Shown: positions 24,552 through 36,659 of the stretch, one piece after another
Position numbering within the stretch: the first letter of the stretch is position 1
Layout of the letters: every line of letters begins with the position of its first letter
NCBI GenBank assembly: GCA_951406725.2
Contig: OX597836.1
Coordinates: 45,508,001 to 45,572,000 of the forward strand
Reading direction: 5' to 3'
DNA length: 64,000 nt
Source: Octopus vulgaris
Lineage: Eukaryota
Translations under genes and position numbers: made by a program
Notes under the pieces: generated by a model
The model's input: the letters and a program-made list of their open reading frames with translations, nothing else
Database searches by the model: none
Told to the model about the DNA's origin: nothing

Positions 24552-27502
24552 CATGGCACTCACAGAAATGCATCTTGAACCCGATATAGGTGATGCAGAA
24601 ATACACATGCCGCAATATGCAGTCATACGCACAGATAGAAAAGGGAGGAGCCATGGTGGAGTTGCAATGTACATCCGAGATGACCTCACGCCCCAGGTCC
24701 TGCTGTCATATTCAAACTCAGTATGTGAAACTCAAATTGTACACATAAGACAACTGAATATCGTCATATGCACTACATATCGCCCACCAGACGCCCCAAA
24801 ACACTCAGGCATGTTTGAAGACTGCCTAACAAAAATAGGAGAAGTCCTCACCAACCTTGAACAGCACAACAGTGTATTCTTCATGGGTGACTTTAACCTC
24901 CCCAATGTGGAATGGCCTGGGGGGCAGATGCTCCCAGGGATGACACACCATCAGCAGGCACAGGTGGAGTCCCTGCTCCATCTCACAAATACCTCTTTCA
25001 TGGAGCAAATAGTTCTGCAACCAACAAGGGCAGATAATATACTGGATCTCTGCTTCACAAACAATATGGATATTATCCATAATGTTAATGTGATGCCGAC
25101 AATGATCTCGGATCACAACATAATAGAGCTGTCTATGTATGGAAAAAAAGCCCCCGCAGACACACAGCCTATACGAAGCACCTACCATCTCTCCAACTTA
25201 AACTTTCATAAAGCCAACTGGAAGTCGATTGAGAAAGAGATCCTCAAACAGGATTGGCCTGAATGTCTCTCCACACCGGACATAAACATGAAAAACAAAC
25301 ACTTCATGTCCATAATACAAGCCATATGTGACAAATATGTCCCAATGTGCAGGGCCAGCACACACAAGAACAAAAACAGGATCCCTAGAGGAAGGAGGAT
25401 TCTTATGAGACGACGGACAAGGATTGCAAACCGCCTGAGCAAGCACACTAAAAGTGGTGAGAAGTCTCGGCTCGAAAGAATGCTAATGGAAACTGAGAAA
25501 AGTCTACATCAGTCCCATGAAAAGGAGAGAGCAGATAAAGAAGCTTGGGTAATAGAAAATATAAAATCAAACCCTAAAGCTTTCTTTAAGTTTGCCAAAG
25601 AGACAGACACAGTGCACCAGAGAATAGGACCTCTCTTCCAAAAAGATGGCTCTCTCACAGGAAATCCCACGAGGATAAGTGAAATACTGAACGAACAGCT
25701 CCAAAGTGTGTTCACTACACCTCTAGGACACAGGCAAGTAAACAACCCAGAAGAATTCTTTGCCACTTTACCAGCGGCCAAAGAGACAAAAATTGAGTAC
25801 ATCAACATCGAAGAAGATGATATCACACTAGCCATTGATGAGATTGACACAAACTCAGCTGCTGGACCTGATGGATTCCCAGCGATCCTTCTCAAATCGT
25901 GCAAACGAGCCCTTGCAAAACCGCTACAGCTTCTTTTTCAGAGCTTTCTTGCAAGTGGTAAGCTCCCAGTCAAACTGAAAGAGGGGGTAATATGCCCTAT
26001 CCATAAGGGAGGTAGCAGAGCAGATGCTAAAAATTATAGGCCTATCTCTCTGACCTCACACATCAGCAAAGTCATGGAACGAATAGTCCGTAAGAAACTA
26101 ATCATGTTCCTTGAAGAAAATGACTTACTGTCTGACACCCAGCATGGATTTCGACCAGGTAGAGGCTGCCTAACACAGCTCCTGCACAACTATGACTGGG
26201 TGTTGAAACAGCTACTAAATGGCTCAAATGTGGATGTAATATATCTTGACTTTGCAAAAGCCTTTGATAAAGTCGACCATGGTATGATCTGTCACAAACT
26301 GCGTGGTCTCGGCATAGGCGGGAAACTTGGAGAGTGGCTGCACAACTTCCTAAAAGACAGAAAACAGGCAGTTGTGAGCAATGGAGCCACCTCCAGGGAA
26401 ACGCAAATAACAAGCGGTGTCCCACAGGGCACTGTCTTGGGGCCACTGATGTTCATAGTGGCCCTTTCAGACATGCCTTCAGTTGCTACGATGACCACCC
26501 TTGCCAGCTATGCAGATGACACAAAAGTCTCCCACGCAATACAAAACCCTGAAAATATTGCGCATCTGCAACATGAGCTGGACACAATATACAGGTGGGC
26601 TGAGGACAACAACATGCAGTTTAATGCAGGTAAGTTCCAGGCCCTGCGCTACTGGCACACAAAGGTAAATGACGTGAAGACTGGATACACTGGCCCAGGA
26701 AGAATTGCAATCCCTGAGTCAAAATCAGTGCGTGACCTGGGCATTGACATGAGCAATGATGCATCTTTCCAAATGCATATTGCTAATCTGGTGATAAAAT
26801 GCAGACGGCTAGCTGGATGGATTCTCCGAACTTTCAGAACAAGAGAGAAGGAGACACTGATGGTCCTATGGAAAACATTTGTCCTCAGCCGCTTGGACTA
26901 CTGCTCCCAACTTTGGTCACCACACAATATAAAACAAACAGCAGAACTCGAAGCAACTCAGAGAAGCTACACAAAGAAAATCGTCTCAATGCAAAATGTC
27001 AGCTACTGGGAAAGACTGAAGGTATTAAACCTCTTCTCCCTGGAGCGGAGGCGGGAGAGATATGCAGTGATATACATCTGGAAAATCCTGGAGGGTCTTG
27101 TCCCAAACTTTGGCATTCAAAGTTACTCCAACCGCAGAACGGGGCGCCGCTGCGTGGTGCCAAGGATTCCAACATCACCATCAAAATACAGGTCCAGATA
27201 CTGCAACAGCTTGGGTTTCAGAGGACCACAGCTCTTTAACATCCTCTCTAAATGCCTGAGAGACTTACATGGTGTGGATGTGGGTTTCTTTAAAACTAAA
27301 CTGGATCTCTTCTTGTTGGGAGTCCCAGATGAACCTACCTCACGACAGGAGACACGGATGCGGGCAGCAGCATCGAACTCCCTTGTTGATCAAGTGCCAC
27401 GTATCAGAGGTGGATTCACAAACTAGTGTAGCTCATTCAGCGGTGGTGCCCCGGCATGGCCGCGGCCTTCGGGCTAAAACATTTTTAAGGATTTAAGGAT
27501 TT
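24552..27502 (+). mobile_element. 5'-truncated CR1-group LINE insertion
   Basis: Short 3' UTR, (TTTAAGGA)n tail, ATATG duplicated at 24547-24551 and 27503-27507; empty site at 30541-30582. Confidence 0.9.
24553..27426 (+). CDS. CR1-group LINE ORF2 (APE endonuclease and reverse transcriptase), uninterrupted 957 codons, N-terminally clipped
   Basis: APE motifs ALTE, GGVA, YRPP, GDFN, LDL, SDH; RT motifs NYRPISL, QHGFR, LDFAKAFD, GVPQG, YADD, DLG. Confidence 0.95.
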   Translation: MALTEMHLEPDIGDAEIHMPQYAVIRTDRKGRSHGGVAMYIRDDLTPQVLLSYSNSVCETQIVHIRQLNIVICTTYRPPDAPKHSGMFEDCLTKIGEVLTNLEQHNSVFFMGDFNLPNVEWPGGQMLPGMTHHQQAQVESLLHLTNTSFMEQIVLQPTRADNILDLCFTNNMDIIHNVNVMPTMISDHNIIELSMYGKKAPADTQPIRSTYHLSNLNFHKANWKSIEKEILKQDWPECLSTPDINMKNKHFMSIIQAICDKYVPMCRASTHKNKNRIPRGRRILMRRRTRIANRLSKHTKSGEKSRLERMLMETEKSLHQSHEKERADKEAWVIENIKSNPKAFFKFAKETDTVHQRIGPLFQKDGSLTGNPTRISEILNEQLQSVFTTPLGHRQVNNPEEFFATLPAAKETKIEYINIEEDDITLAIDEIDTNSAAGPDGFPAILLKSCKRALAKPLQLLFQSFLASGKLPVKLKEGVICPIHKGGSRADAKNYRPISLTSHISKVMERIVRKKLIMFLEENDLLSDTQHGFRPGRGCLTQLLHNYDWVLKQLLNGSNVDVIYLDFAKAFDKVDHGMICHKLRGLGIGGKLGEWLHNFLKDRKQAVVSNGATSRETQITSGVPQGTVLGPLMFIVALSDMPSVATMTTLASYADDTKVSHAIQNPENIAHLQHELDTIYRWAEDNNMQFNAGKFQALRYWHTKVNDVKTGYTGPGRIAIPESKSVRDLGIDMSNDASFQMHIANLVIKCRRLAGWILRTFRTREKETLMVLWKTFVLSRLDYCSQLWSPHNIKQTAELEATQRSYTKKIVSMQNVSYWERLKVLNLFSLERRRERYAVIYIWKILEGLVPNFGIQSYSNRRTGRRCVVPRIPTSPSKYRSRYCNSLGFRGPQLFNILSKCLRDLHGVDVGFFKTKLDLFLLGVPDEPTSRQETRMRAAASNSLVDQVPRIRGGFTN

Positions 27503-28259
27503 ATATGTATATAAAATTGAAAATTTACTGCTCAGTTACAATAACTGCTGTTTACTTTGTAGATTTGCTTTAAAATCCAAAATATAAACCATCTTGATGA
27601 ATACACACCCGGGGGCTAAACAGCAACAACAACAGCAATAGCAGCTAAACAGCCATCACATCTGCTGACTGTAAACAATTGTATATAACTATGTACGTAT
27701 GTAACTATGTATGTATGTATGTATGTATGTATGTATGTATGTATGTATGTATGTATGTATGTATGTATGTGAATATGTATGTGAGTATGTATGTATTATG
27801 TATGTATGTATGTATTATGTATATATGTAAATATGTTAGTATGAATCTACGTGTTATTACATACGATCTAAAATGCCTTTGAACGTCGTATCGTATCCCT
27901 TTTTCATATTTCATATTTCCATAGTTTTTAAATAGGCAAAATATTTTTATAGTCTTCAGATAGTCTGTCTCTTTCTATTCCTTTGTGAATGCATCGTAGG
28001 TGGGTAGTAGAAAATTTGAAGGAACAGTTTGGGTGCAGAGTATTGATGGTTTAAGCAGGAGCAGCCGACAGAGGAGAAGAAGAATGAGAAGAAGAAAAAG
28101 AAGAAGGAGGAGGAGGAGAAGGAGAAGATGAAGGCAGGAATAGAAGTAGGAGTAGAGAAACAAGAGGGAGAAGGAGAAAGAAAAGAAAAGAAAAATACAG
28201 GAGTGCTGTGACACAGTAAATTGTTCATGGAATCTTCTTTAATGGTCAAATAGCCTAAA

Positions 28260-29480
28260 AGTGACCTGTTGTGGTCGTAGCTGTAGTGGTTGGAAATGTT
28301 CTAAATTCTTGTAGTAGTTTCATCTGTGGTGGTGGCGACATTCAAAATAGGTTTATATTTTGCAATAAAATATGCTTCTTTGCTAATGCACTGATTATAG
28401 GTTGCATTGTCCCTGAATTTATAGAGAGGGAAAAATTCTAAAGTTGGGTTGTTCGTTAGTGGAGAAAATATCGATGTGCTCACATAATCCTATTTTTCTG
28501 TATTCTCGTATTTTAAACTGGGATCTACGTACCGTCATTCTCTGGCGTAGACTGTTTTTAGTTTGACCAATAAATTGTTCTCGACACCCTGAGCAAGTTG
28601 ATATATATATTAGGCTTTCTGAAGCAGATGTGAAGTCGATTTTCATTGTAAAACGTTGACCCTGTTTGAAGGAAAATTACAACCCTTCAATTAGGTTGAC
28701 ACATATACCACAGTTAGGTCTTCCGCATTTTTTTACTGTCGGTTTCGATGTTGTTGAGTGCTTCTGGGCCTAATTTAGAAGATTTCCATTGACTCAGGTC
28801 GCCTTATGCACTTTATGACGGCGTATGTTTGAGGGAGTTTATCCATTGTATGGTCCCTTTTTAGTAAAGGGATATTCTGGGGGATGGTGACAAAGGTCTC
28901 ATTGTTTAGGAGGTTGTGCGTGTATATGTATGGTAGGGCTTTTGATTTTAAACCGTTCTTTAGTTTGGCGTGTCTCAGTTCATGGATGTTGAGTTGTAGA
29001 GCACGTTGAAAGCCTATATCAATTAGTGATGGTTAGTAGTTCCTGCTGATGAGTGTATCCTTTAGCTCATGTAGTCATGTGTCCCTGGTGCTTGTATCAG
29101 ATACTATAGTACAAATCATTTTTGCAAATTCTTTTTCCCCGACATTCTCATAAAGAAATCCGACAACAAAATAGAAGCAGATATCTACTATAAGCCCATG
29201 GATTCCAAGCAATATCTGCCATTCAACTCTTGCCAACCCAGACACGCTAGAATGAATATCCCTTACAACCTGGCAAAACAAATTTGTACTATAGTATCTG
29301 ATACAAGCACCAGGGACACAGGACTACATGAGTGAAGGGTACACTAAAAAGTGACCATAGAATGGATCAATCCTCCAAACGCACACAATCATAAAAAGTA
29401 AGACAACCTAAGTCAATGAAGAGTCTTTTAACACAGGCCCAAGTACACACGTCAACAACATCGAAACCAACAGTAAAAAA
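28260..29480 (-). mobile_element. Penelope-like relic (GIY-YIG) with internal inversion
   Basis: LIYISTCSGCREQFIGQTKNSLRQRM (28419-28646); 29051-29126 inverted at 29273-29345. Confidence 0.8.
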
Positions 29481-29483
29481 CAT

Positions 29484-30225
29484 CCGCTGGGCAGCTAATT
29501 TCCACAACTATGTACATCGTTATATCAGGTCTATTGTTTTAAAATTTTATTGAGTTCTTCACTGGGACATTCTACTGACACTCCTTTTTATTATGAGTGA
29601 CTATCGCTTCTGCCATACTATGGGTACTTATTTCTTTGTCTTCAGGATTATCCTTCCGACGGATTTCATTATAGAGTGTCCTAGCTTCAACGCCATGTAT
29701 CATCGGTAGATAATACCGTGATAACATTTTCGGACAACTGCTTATGATGAGGGTGATATTTTCAGTGTGAACTCCACAAAGTCTGCACCGGTTGTCACAT
29801 TTTACGGCTTTTCCTGCATCTCTATCCCTTTTGTGCATCAGATAATTGGTTGATATTTCCTGTTCCTGGATTGCAAACGCATACCCTTCAAAGTGGGAGG
29901 CAGTAACCCAGCTATTGGTCCATGATAAACTGCTTTGACGACCAATGTTACTATCATCACGGAGCTTTCTACTAACATATCCATGCATAGTCTTCTGCTC
30001 ATAAAGGCTGATCCTTTCATCTGATACGTTGTGGTACGGTCGTGCTTCTTCTTTGGACATGTATTCTAGGTTATCAGACAGAGTGTTGCTCAAGGAGCTG
30101 CCTTCCAAGTATTATGATGTTATCAGCCTCATGTATGCAAACTTCGTCAAGGGATGCACTTCGACACTTAGTGGTTAAAAGATGTTGCCGAATGGATATG
30201 ATGCGACATTCAAAGACATTTTGGA
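29484..30225 (-). pseudogene. R4-clade LINE fragment with CCHC zinc knuckle
   Basis: KTMHG...EGYAFAIQEQEIST...CRLCGVHTENITLIISSCP. Confidence 0.85.
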
Positions 30226-30949
30226 TCATATGTAATAACACATACCTTCATACTAACATACATACATACATACATAAAACAAACATACTCACATACATAC
30301 ATACATACATACATACATACATACATACATACATACATACATACATACATACATACATACATAGTTACATACGTACATAGTTATATACAATTGTTTAAAG
30401 TTAGCAGATGTGATGGCTGTTTAGCTGCTATTGCTGTTGTTGTTGCTGTTTAGCCCCCGGGTGTGTATTCATCAAGATGGTTTATATTTTGGATTTTAAA
30501 GCAAATCTACAAAGTAGTCAACAGTAATTGTAACTGAGCAGTAAATCTTCAATTTTATATACATATGTATGTGTGTAACTATGTATGTATGTATGTATGT
30601 ATGTATGTATGTATGTATGTATGTATGTATGTATGTATGTATGTATGTATGTATGTATGTATGTATGTATGTATGTATGTATGTATGTATGCATGTTGTA
30701 TGTATGTATGTATGTATGTATGTATGTATGTATGTATGTATGTATGTATGTATGTATGCATGTTTATATGTTAGTATCTATGTACGTGTTATTATACACG
30801 TACATACATACATACATACATACATACATACATACATACATACATACATACATACATACATACATACAAGAATGACAAGCACCTGGAAGAGACTTGATTG
30901 TTGGATACTGGTACAAGAAGCTAACCTTTTACCGACCATATCTTATTAA

Positions 30950-32625
30950 TCTGTACCAGAAATCTCTTAATGGGAACTGTAGCGCACAATGTTGGTTAGC
31001 TCTGGCAGAGACAAAATTGATCCCCAGAAGCAGAAGCACCCACATGGCAAAAGAAACTACCGGCCAATTGCATTCTAGATCATAATGTATAAGATATATA
31101 CAGCATGTTTAAACCTCTTGCTCCAGGACCATTGTGAAACCAATAACATTATCACAGCAGAACAAGCAGCTGGGAAGAAGGGAGTCTAGGGATGTGCCGA
31201 GCAATTGTTAATCAACAAAACTGCGATGTCAGAGGTGCGAGAGCATAGGAGGAGCCTAGGTTCAAGTGGCTAGACTACAAGAAAGTCTTTCACTCCCTTC
31301 CCTACTCGTGGATGCTAGAAGCCCTTCAACTTGCTAAAGTTGCAGTGAGCATAGTCAAAGACATAGCTGACCTGACTTCATCGTGGGTCACTATCTTGAA
31401 ATTAAACACAAAGAGTGACTATATTACCGCTGACAGAATACAATATCACAAAGGCATATTCCAAGGCTGGTGGGGACGCCATTCATATTAAGGAAGTCTG
31501 TAGAATATCTCACTGGTTCACAAGGAAACAGAAATACCATAATTACACACTGTTTCTTTGTCGATGACTTGAAACTTTATGCAAAGAATATGCATGGGAT
31601 GAAAAAGAGCCTCGACCTATTTACGACATTCTCAAAGGATGTAGGGTTGGAGTTTAGTCAGGATAAATGTTGTTAAATGGTTGTGAAATGGGGGAAAACC
31701 ATAAACCAAACTAGTGACATCTCCATCAATGATTTGACTGTTTCCCCTATGTCTGACGAGGAATGTTACAGGTATCTAGGGGTGGATGAAAATATATCTT
31801 ACAATGGCATCTGTGTCAAAACACGTGTCACTAAAGAATAATACAGCCGAATAAAGAAAATCTGGACCTCGGAACTATCTGCATTCAAAAGAGCAGTGGC
31901 CCACAACGTGTTTGCAGTGCAAGTACTCATACCAACATTTGGGCTGATTGATTGGACAATTGATAAAATCAGAGCCATTAATGTAAAAACCCGAAAAATA
32001 CTAACAATCACACATAATTTCTACATAAAAAGTGACGTAGATTGCCTCTATCTAAAACGAAAAGAAAGCGGGAGAGATCTCAAAATCGATCCAAAATACC
32101 TTTGAATGTCATATAACCCAGAGGACAAAGAAATAAGTACCCATGGTATGGTAGAAGACATAGTCACTCATAATAAAAAGGAGTGCTGGTGGAATGTTTC
32201 AGTGACGACCTCAATAAAATGTAATCACAACAGACATGATATAATGATGTACATAGTTGTGGAAATTAGCTGCCCAGCGGATGTTAATATGAAGCTGAAG
32301 AACTTTGAAAAAGAGAATATCTACTCTGAACTATTGAGAAATCTGCAGATTACAAGTTCCGATTTATACCTGTAATTTTTGGGTTCGTGAGATATGTAAC
32401 ATACTGCCTAAATACCAAAATTGTGATGTTAAGCTTCTCCAAACCAGAAAGGAGAAAGCTAATTCGAACACTACACATCCAATCTATCACTGGAACTGTA
32501 AAAATCTGTAAAACTTACCAGAAGTTTATCACTTAAATATATATGAGCATGTATATATGCAAATAATATATATATGCAACTATATGCTTGAAAATGCGTA
32601 CATTAAGCAAAACACACGAATCTGC
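30950..32625 (+). pseudogene. Decayed R4-clade LINE, right arm of the inverted duplication, ending in (CATA)n
   Basis: Reverse complement of 22754-24290 with the same internal deletions; FVDDLKLYA; 3' end runs into (CATA)n near 32625. Confidence 0.85.
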
Positions 32626-32886
32626 ATACATACATACATACATACATACATACATACATACATACATACATACATACATACATACATACATACATGCAAA
32701 ATACCCTGTTGTTGATGTTGAAATTCCAATGAAGGAGCTTTGAATCTAGTTTAGAAACCGGCTCCTCCTCTATTGCCAAGAAATCTTCAAATAGAACTGA
32801 ACAATGACACATACACAAGCACATGCACACACACACATTCCTCATACGCACACACACACATACACACACACACGCGCGCGCATATA

Positions 32887-33734
32887 CAGGGTGCAGTGAA
32901 TATAATGTCATCTAAATTACGCAAAAACGAAAATAACACTGACATCTCATCATAACAGATATATTTACCAAAATTACGTAAAAATATCTTGAAATATTAA
33001 AGAGTAAATTTATTCAATAAAATCGCCATTGGCTCCAACCATGGCCTCCAGATGACTTTGGAATCTCCTGCAACTCTTCTGGACGGTCTCCTTGTTTAAG
33101 TTGGTGAATGCTGTCATAACCCTTGCCTTCAGTTAATCTTTGGTGTTACAAGGAGTTTTGTTGGTCTTTTGCTCAACTGCACCCTACACATAATAATCAA
33201 GGGTGTTGCAGTGTGAGGAGTTAGGTCTCCAGATGTTAGGGTTGGTGCGGTCGCAGATATTGTCTGACAACCATGACCAGGTTCTCCTGCTTGTGTGGCG
33301 TAGTGCAGAGTCCTGTTGTCAGATATAGGGTCTTCCAGCAGGCAGCCACGTTAGATAGGGCAGCACTACCTCCTCCAGGCACTTGATGTAGGCCTCTGTG
33401 TTGAATCTGAGACTGTGTGGGAAGATGACTGGAGGTACAATGTCACCATCATTAGTAATCACTCCAAACTCCATGATGTTGACTGGATGTTTGATTTTTA
33501 TCACTCTCGGTACATGTCCTCAGATTGCACTGTCCTCAGATTGACACTCTGAAAAATATTTGTATTGGAGCTTCCGGCACGAATGTCAAGCAGTACAGCA
33601 TTTCGTTCCCAAATTTTTGGCAGAGTAACGGTGCCCAACTGACCTTACTATACTGTGTAGTCAACATAATCAAAAACGAATCGCACATGCGCGAAATTAA
33701 AAGTATAAATTCGCGACAGCTTACCCATCGCACC

Positions 33735-33737
<3 letters not shown>
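32887..33737 (-). mobile_element. Internally deleted maT/DD37D transposon
   Basis: TA-CAGGGTGC...GCACCCTG-TA; QQD-x37-D (NSSHCNTLDYY). Confidence 0.85.
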
Positions 33738-33796
<59 letters not shown>

Positions 33797-34013
33797 GGTG
33801 TTGAACGCAGGTGTTATTTAAATTATTTTACTTTCGACGCATTTAACTCCATTTATTTACTTATACTATACAAATTACTGCACATTAACCCGGAATTTCT
33901 ACCTTTGAATAGGTCGCTACATCCTTGTAACTTGCGTGAATTTTACTACCCTGTTAACTGTTTATTGAATTTTCCATGTTAACTGTTAACAAAGGATAAT
34001 TCATTCATCCATT

Positions 34014-34057
<44 letters not shown>

Positions 34058-34147
34058 AATTAGGATAATATCGATATTTAAATATTGATCTTATCAAGCG
34101 GTCAGCATGGGAATAAATACCATTACAAAGGTAATAATTATTTAAAA

Positions 34148-34371
34148 CTATAAATTAGGGTATCCGAGGGATACCACCATGCTGAAATAGCAGTCAAAAC
34201 CCAGACCATAAAACCACCTTAAATGTTCATATCGCGCCATGAGGGAAGACAAAGAGACAAAATAAACTACCAAAAAAAGATTTTACTGGATGAACATTTA
34301 AGGTGGTTTTAAGGTCAGGATTTTGACTGCTATTTCAGCATGGTGGTATCTCTCGAATACCCTAATTTATA
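34148..34371. repeat. Inverted repeat with ~82-bp arms, Penelope terminal-repeat type
   Basis: 34148-34230 versus 34290-34371; carries GAAATAGCAGTCAAA. Confidence 0.8.
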
Positions 34372-34645
34372 GCATTATTAAATCTCAGAGCGAGATGTAA
34401 ACAGTAACCGCTCGACAATGTAAAGTATAAAAGCCATCTCAATATGGCTAACCACAAAGTGGGGGATTTACTGTAGCTTTTTAGCCCCAGGAGATCATCG
34501 TCTCCAGCTGGCTTTAGACACCCTTTCAGTGCCCTTGAAGTATTTGCAAAGGGAGGCCATCCCTTCCTCGCAAGCCTGAGTGATACGCACGGACCGGTTT
34601 CGAGATTATTGTCCCTAATTTATAGTTTTATATATATATATATAT

Positions 34646-34930
34646 GCGAGGTGGTACCCAAAAGTAGCCGGAAACGTTCTCTGTGGGACACGTCCGTTGT
34701 AGTTCAGGCTTCAGCCGCTAGAAGCCACTTGATGCAACGATCCTTTGGCATCAGTCTGCCGACTACCATCGCCAAGTGTTGTCGTTCTACCACGTGGTGC
34801 CTCTTTCTTTTGCAGTGCTTCTTTCCAGTTCGTCGATTTTTTGCGATGATTAAAACGGAGCGGCTGAGTACGTATTTCTGTGAAATTCTGTTTTGTGCCG
34901 GGGAAAACCAACGGAAATATTGCAAAAACA
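34646..34930 (+). mobile_element. Mariner-like 5' fragment
   Basis: CGAGGTGGTACCCAAAAGT terminus after (TA)n; VKFCF..GKT-like N-terminal trace. Confidence 0.4.
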
Positions 34931-35070
34931 TAACATTCACAAAATTCGTACCTTATTCCTTATCAATCAACGTCGGAAAAAATCATTACAATTTCGCAAC
35001 TGTAACGTGGATATTGTTCACTCTTGGTACAGGACAATGACAAAAGTAAAAAAAGTGACAAGATAAAACA

Positions 35071-35239
35071 TAGGCGCAGGAGTGGCTGTGTGGTAAGTAG
35101 CTTGCTAACCAACCACATGGTTCCAGGTTCAGTCCCACTGCATGGCATCTTGAGCAAGTGTCTTCTGCTATAGCCCCAGGCCGACCAATGCCTTGTGAGT
35201 GGATTTGGTAGACGGAAACTGAAAGAAGCCTGTCGTATG

Positions 35240-35320
<81 letters not shown>

Positions 35321-35537
35321 TTGTGTGTCTGTGTTTGTCCTCCTAGCATTGCTTGACAACCGATGCTGGTGTGTTTATGTCCCCGTTACTTAGCGGTTCG
35401 GCAAAAGAGACCGATAGAATAAGTACTGGGCTTACAAAGAATAAGTCCCGGGGTCGATTTGCTCGACTAAAGGCGGTGCTCCAGCATGGCCGCAGTCAAA
35501 TGACTGAAACAAGTAAAAGAGTAAAAGAGTAAAGAGT
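35071..35537 (+). mobile_element. SINE family A
   Basis: Complete copy. Confidence 0.92.
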
Positions 35538-35989
35538 ATACATATACAAAAAAAAAAAGAAGAACCGTGCGGCCGCAAGACACCCTAGCATGGGATATCG
35601 CAAAGGAAAATCAAGATGTCCCGTAGGACTGGAGACTAGAGAAGGACAGACAGAAAGTCGGAACGAGGAAAGAATGTAAATACTTGAAGTAAGGTAGATA
35701 AACAGTCAGGATTGAGGCAAGTATTTACACGGAGCACAAAATATATATGGCTTAGTGGGTTGGGTAGTCGGCTCAGAATCGTGAGTTCAATTCCCGGCGA
35801 CGCGTCGCGTCCTTGAGTAAGACATTTTATTTCACGTTGTTCCAGTCCGCTTAGTTGGCAAAAATGAGAGGTACCTGTAATTCAAACGGGGCCAGCCTTG
35901 TCACATCCCGGGTCACGTTGAATCTCCCTGAGAACTACCTTAAGTGTACACGCTTCTGTTGAGTGCTCAACCACGTACATGTTAATTTC

Positions 35990-36368
35990 GGAGGCGCAAT
36001 GGCCCTGTGGTTAGGGCAGCGGACTCGCGGTCATAGGATCGCGGTTTCGATTCCCAGACCGGGCGTTGTGAGTGTTTATTGAGTGAAAACACCTAAAAAA
36101 GCTCCACGAGGCTCCTGTGGGGGGTGATCCCTGCTGTACTCTTTCACCACAACTTTCTCTCACTCTTACTTCCTGTTTCTGTTGTACCTGTATTTCAAAG
36201 GGGCCGGCATGTCACTCTCTGTGTCACGCTGAATATCCCCGAGAACTACGTTAAGGGTACACGTGTCTGTGGAGTGCTCAGCCACTTGCACGTTAATTTC
36301 ACGCGCAGGCTGTTCCGTTGATCGGTTCAACCGGAACCCTCATCGTCGTAACCGACGGAGTGCTTCCA
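35990..36368 (+). mobile_element. SINE family B nested in an older related SINE (35745-36400)
   Basis: TSD ACATGTTAATTTC at 35977-35989 and 36371-36383. Confidence 0.9.
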
Positions 36369-36659
36369 TCACATGTTAATTTCACGAGCAGATCGGATCA
36401 ATATATACGTAAATGTCGAACGATAAAAGTGAGTGATCAACGCCGCATTGGTGTATATAATTTCTTTATTTGTCAATTAAAGCTACCACTGGTTTCATGT
36501 TAAGAAAAGTAGGAAAATATTCTAGTGTCTTAACAATTTTTCAAGCCGATCACACGGAGAAAGTTGTCCGCCTCCATTTTGGATAATAGTGTCGTTTAGT
36601 TGACGGGGGTGGTGGTGGTGAAATAAACGAGTCACCTAGATCATCACAGACCCTACTCC

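Noticed and set aside
24826-27496. Overlapping and antisense ORFs inside the LINE
   Set aside because: Shadow ORFs of a coding sequence with no motifs
27905-27965. CUGAAGA...GAAAU downstream of the Penelope relic (minus strand)
   Set aside because: No closing stem I or clear NUH; at most a truncated hammerhead
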